64,000 nt of DNA from NCBI RefSeq assembly GCF_001194135.2, contig NC_069005.1:34642504-34706503 (forward strand), given 5' to 3'. Below are positions 63,350-64,000 of this stretch, in pieces. The position numbers were made by a program, and so were the translations under genes. The notes under the pieces were generated by a model, which saw nothing but the letters and a program-made list of their open reading frames with translations, was not told where the DNA came from and did no database searches. Every line of letters starts with the position of its first letter. The first letter of the stretch is position 1. The stretch is from Octopus bimaculoides (lineage: Eukaryota).

Positions 63350-63928
63350 AATGTTTATGTAGATTCATGAGCTCACACACAAAAAAAAACTTGTGAATAT
63401 TCACACATACACGCACAAGCACAGATACGCATACACGTATACATTCACCAACACAGAAACACCCCACACACACACAAACTAGCATACACTCACCACAAAT
63501 AGACAGACACACACCCACACACAAATCTGTACAGAGAGTATACAAACACACACACATATCCCTACCTTTTTATCCTGTAGAGACAAGAGTGCCGCCACAG
63601 TAGTCTTAATGGCGGTGGTGGCAGCAGTAGTGGTGGTGGTGGTAGCTGATCCATTGTAGATAGAATAAACAGCTCCGACCTCATCTTCCAGGGAACGTCG
63701 GGTGACAGACACCACACGTGATGTAGCATTGTGGAGTCTTCTAGCAGAACCAATTGGTTGACTAAATTCATTACAATAGTTGAGAATATCTTCTATCCAC
63801 CATGGGCCAATGAATGCCAGTAAGTCAGCCGTTAGACGAAGACAACCACTCCAGATAATGGCCGGCCACGAAGCTTTAAACATGCTCACTAACAAAGATG
63901 GCTTCAGCCCCAACCGTAATTTTGATTG
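34317..63928 (-). CDS. ABCC9-like: Sulfonylurea-receptor-like ABC transporter subfamily C (ABCC8/ABCC9/Sur family), 5'-partial multi-exon gene (35 coding exons in window, ~1523 aa)
   Basis: GT-AG exons join in phase into TMD1-NBD1-TMD2-NBD2. SUR-like segments: EFFSNGYIL, GIKQIKLNAWE, GPSGSGKST, AYCSQPPWLMNATVQENILFG, DDPFS, LKDIKRADPDLYESW, LNTFSADSRIVDQ, FNLDPE, stop TGA at 34317-34319. ABCC8 vs ABCC9 orthology cannot be resolved by eye. Confidence 0.9.
34883..35029 (-). CDS. NBD2 Walker B exon (LFCFARAYMRDSKIVIVEQEHTNDD...STVLVTL)
   Basis: ttttatag / TTG|gtgagt, 147 nt, phase 0-0. Confidence 0.92.
35213..35262 (-). CDS. NBD2 signature exon (ETVVLHEGKEFTIGQRQ)
   Basis: ctctccacag / CAG|gtgaga, phase 1-0. 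Confidence 0.92.
35790..35893 (-). CDS. NBD2 exon (FNLDPEG...IWEALNAVQMKSTVQELPHKL)
   Basis: gtttttcag / G|gtatgt, phase 2-1. Confidence 0.93.
36091..36278 (-). CDS. NBD2 Walker A / Q-loop exon (VAFCGHAGSGRSSL...LRSRLSIVPHDPIMFDGTVR)
   Basis: atttcaag / AG|gtgagt, phase 0-2. Confidence 0.95.
37114..37244 (-). CDS. Start of NBD2 exon (CIEVPESWPDVGDIEFQHIALNY...IKDAEK)
   Basis: tattacag / AAG|gtaaca; WP..G.I motif. Confidence 0.93.
37829..37946 (-). CDS. End of TMD2 exon (MPIYVNMIARHATELENNISSLERVVEY...DPP)
   Basis: tatttcag / G|gtgtgt, phase 0-1. Confidence 0.9.
38588..38701 (-). CDS. TMD2 exon (DFLGCLILLLAS...LVGLCMLNVLM)
   Basis: tattgcag / ATG|gtaagt, phase 0-0. Confidence 0.9.
38986..39088 (-). 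CDS. TMD2 exon (VQYWF...AVNRWLAIRL)
   Basis: attttcag / TTG|gtaagt; NRWL..RL motif. Confidence 0.92.
39440..39532 (-). CDS. TMD2 exon (QLNRLQNLTKLPLFNHFSEILSGLRTIRAYR)
   Basis: attttatag / AG|gtatat; HFSE..GL.TIRA motif. Confidence 0.93.
40387..40544 (-). CDS. TMD2 exon (ILPTTIELLLRF...FKFYRPSIR)
   Basis: tatttcag / AG|gttagt, phase 0-2. Confidence 0.9.
41449..41518 (-). CDS. TMD2 exon (HFESTPPATILNTFSADSRIVDQ)
   Basis: ctgtttcag / CAG|gtaagt; aligns to [23 protein letters not shown] of SUR. Confidence 0.92.
41850..42016 (-). CDS. TMD2 exon (LTPVNHTYYIGLY...GADRLHQKMLHYLTSLPV)
   Basis: gtctgcag / AT|gtaagt, phase 0-2. Confidence 0.9.
42356..42603 (-). CDS. Start of TMD2 exon (DNEEEESP...DLWLANW...ITSPK)
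   Basis: ctgatag / AAG|gtaggt, phase 1-0; D.WLA.W motif. Confidence 0.9.
42983..43355 (+). mobile_element. Helentron-associated non-autonomous element (HINE/DINE-like)
   Basis: 5' TTATTATCACCTTCGCC hairpin, GTTTGTTTGTCTGT microsatellite, 3' CCTTGGCGGGG subterminal IR and GCGCTCTCTAAGTGC stem-loop ending in TTGTT. Confidence 0.65.
43553..43722 (+). mobile_element. Family A SINE, degenerate
   Basis: GGGCAAAATGCTTAGC..TTCAAATTC..CTTTGCCTTTCGTCCTTTCAGGGTCAATAAA. Confidence 0.7.
44273..44320 (-). CDS. Linker exon (DDLLPLDDYTKETCYE)
   Basis: ccttttttcag / C|gtaaag, 48 nt, phase 1-1. Confidence 0.7.
45440..45603 (-). mobile_element. Third tRNA-SINE family (CTTGAGCAAG domain); related copies ~51120-51310 and ~36640-36780
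   Basis: Reverse strand GGCTCAGTGGTTAGAG A-box, GAGTTCAATTCC B-box, CTTGAGCAAGACAC domain. Confidence 0.7.
46154..46241 (-). CDS. Linker exon (SNLGIPISRQVSQMSVMTENSLEDDGLEE)
   Basis: gtgtttcag / G|gtaagt, phase 0-1; acidic stretch as in the SUR ED linker. Confidence 0.82.
46580..46664 (-). CDS. Linker exon (QDIDHEFDKHRRTSFDHISEPVHKLSIQ)
   Basis: aacttccag / CAG|gtatgt, phase 2-0. Confidence 0.8.
47550..47573 (-). CDS. 24-nt microexon (S)ITMAYTV(S)
   Basis: gtcctttgaacgtacag / TC|gtaagt, phase 2-2. Confidence 0.6.
48325..48523 (-). mobile_element. Family A SINE
   Basis: Reverse complement of the family A consensus. Confidence 0.8.
48685..48705 (-). CDS. 21-nt microexon (R)RSSLAE(S)
   Basis: attctttgatttcag / AG|gtatta, phase 2-2. 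Confidence 0.7.
50469..50492 (-). CDS. 24-nt microexon (K)RRSSLPE(R)
   Basis: ttttattttgttgccccag / AG|gtattt, phase 2-2. Confidence 0.7.
52450..53067. mobile_element. SINE cluster: two reverse family A fragments (52450-52575, 52645-52735) and a forward family B copy with tail (52737-53067)
   Basis: Diagnostic family motifs. Confidence 0.75.
53754..53863 (-). CDS. End of NBD1 exon (IIVVNRH...LKDIKRADPDLYESWRRVLKDN)
   Basis: ctctgcag / AA|gtaagt, phase 0-2; LY..W motif typical of SUR. Confidence 0.9.
54197..54334 (-). CDS. NBD1 Walker B / D-loop / H-loop exon (DDPFSKIEPHLG...RTVILVSPQIPHIYNAYQ)
   Basis: gttcccag / CAG|gtcagt, phase 0-0. Confidence 0.92.
54757..54837 (-). CDS. NBD1 signature exon (GILLTEGQKQRISLARALYSSANTIIM)
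   Basis: attttcag / ATG|gtaagc, 81 nt; GQKQRISLARALY is conserved. Confidence 0.93.
55183..55267 (-). CDS. NBD1 exon (YKKVLHAVSLNTDLTLWPAKDRTEVGEQ)
   Basis: tattacag / CAG|gtaggt, phase 2-0. Confidence 0.92.
55611..55706 (-). CDS. NBD1 Q-loop exon (ACTLAYCSQPPWLMNATVQENILFGQPYNYRK)
   Basis: ccttacag / AA|gtaagt, phase 2-2. Confidence 0.93.
55887..55992 (-). CDS. NBD1 Walker A exon (GKMTIITGPSGSGKSTLLSAMLGEM)
   Basis: ttctgtag / AG|gtatgt; canonical GxxGxGKS. Confidence 0.95.
56645..57080 (-). CDS. ABCC/SUR-like exon, Ser-rich linker plus start of NBD1 (NKLDTLMK...LKDINIKIPLG)
   Basis: (ttg)n ttag / G|gtaagt, 436 nt, phase 0-1; LKDINIKIP resembles SUR NBD1 beta-strand. Confidence 0.9.
57205..57550. 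repeat. 42-bp minisatellite (~8 degenerate units)
   Basis: Unit AGTAGCAGTAAGAGGAGATGTAACAGTTGAAGGTGTACAAAA; period 42 between 57414 and 57456. Confidence 0.85.
57594..57698 (-). CDS. Tentative linker exon (STWLTTGS...EFSKSIPPML)
   Basis: Strong donor TTA|gtaagt; acceptor aaattag is weaker but gives phase 0-0 continuity; the 5' boundary is uncertain. Confidence 0.55.
59009..59257 (-). CDS. ABCC/SUR-like exon, end of TMD1 (SFLFYH...LTPGQVFS...ELTSFLQSSQI...KEAE)
   Basis: ctttgtag / GAG|gtaatt, 249 nt, phase 0-0. Confidence 0.85.
59816..59856 (-). CDS. ABCC/SUR-like small exon (EFLVTSAPLLSTAA)
   Basis: ctcttgcag / GCG|gtaagt, 41 nt, phase 1-0. Confidence 0.85.
60270..60432 (-). CDS. ABCC/SUR-like exon TMD1 (NLSERRVKK...GIKQIKLNAWE...KSII)
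   Basis: ctttttcag / G|gtcagt, phase 0-1. Confidence 0.9.
61050..61184 (-). CDS. ABCC/SUR-like exon TMD1 (IVVGFIVVFLKLGSSAVMG...LQGSIM)
   Basis: ttttccag / ATG|gtatgt, 135 nt; matches the SUR LLGxSA motif; absent from ORF track. Confidence 0.88.
61330..61657 (-). mobile_element. Family B CORE-type SINE with tail
   Basis: Reverse complement of GGAGTGGCTGTGTGATAAGAAGCTTG..GGCACCTTGGGCAAATGTCTTC..CCAGCATGGCC. Confidence 0.85.
61689..61893. repeat. 62-bp tandem repeat (3 identical units plus partial) spanning a 10-N gap
   Basis: AATTGGTGAGGCAACCGGAATATGGAACAGAAACTGGAGAAGCTACAGAAGTTTTGAACTAA starting at 61689, 61751, 61821. Confidence 0.8.
62240..62395 (-). CDS. ABCC/SUR-like exon TMD1 (VMIYSKVQQLS...HYFWAIPLQ)
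   Basis: tttacag / CAG|gtaagt, 156 nt, phase 0-0. Confidence 0.9.
62825..62977 (-). CDS. ABCC/SUR-like exon TMD1 (DNLNVSVTEFFSNGYIL...GMRMKAAIQ)
   Basis: ttgcag / CAG|gtaagt, 153 nt, phase 0-0. Confidence 0.9.
63566..63928 (-). CDS. ABCC/SUR-like exon, start of TMD1 (QSKLRLGLKPSLL...LLSLQDKK)
   Basis: tttcag acceptor, AAG|gtaggg donor, phase 0-0; LRLTADLLAFIGPWWI resembles ABCC TMD1 helix 1. Confidence 0.75.
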
Positions 63929-64000
63929 CTGAAAGGACAAGAGAATAATTGCAGAAATTTCAATTAGAGAATGGGGAATACTTCATATTTGTAACATTTA

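Overview
Eukaryotic, AT-rich, microsatellite-dense genomic scaffold with many N gaps. The SINE families and repeat landscape suggest a cephalopod (Octopus-like); this is inference. It holds two convergent intron-containing genes. (1) Minus strand, 34317 to >63928: the 3' ~35 coding exons (~1520 codons, TMD1-NBD1-TMD2-NBD2) of a sulfonylurea-receptor-like ABCC transporter (ABCC8/ABCC9 family), whose N-terminal exons lie beyond the window. Hand-splicing gives an intact frame, but both composite ATP sites are degenerate: NBD1 signature LTEGQ, A-loop W>T, H-loop H>P; NBD2 Walker A K>R, Q-loop Q>H, Walker B DE>EQ. The NBD1-TMD2 linker is built from symmetric 21-24-nt microexons, two of which encode tandem RRSSL PKA-type motifs. 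This looks like a hydrolysis-dead, phosphoregulated SUR-like protein. (2) Plus strand, 18435-22990: a 4-exon, 195-aa gene missed by the ORF track (signal peptide, one Ig domain, Ser/Thr stalk, hydrophobic GPI-like tail). Two of its introns carry Penelope-type minimal hammerhead-ribozyme-like motifs. The rest is transposon debris: tRNA-SINEs, mariner/Tc1, hAT-Buster with a nested MITE, RTE and R4-like LINE fragments, a Helentron-type element, a young telomere-repeat-bearing MITE with a 9-bp TSD, and a ~400-bp palindrome array. Exon boundaries were read by eye from GT-AG signals and phase continuity; no database searches were run.
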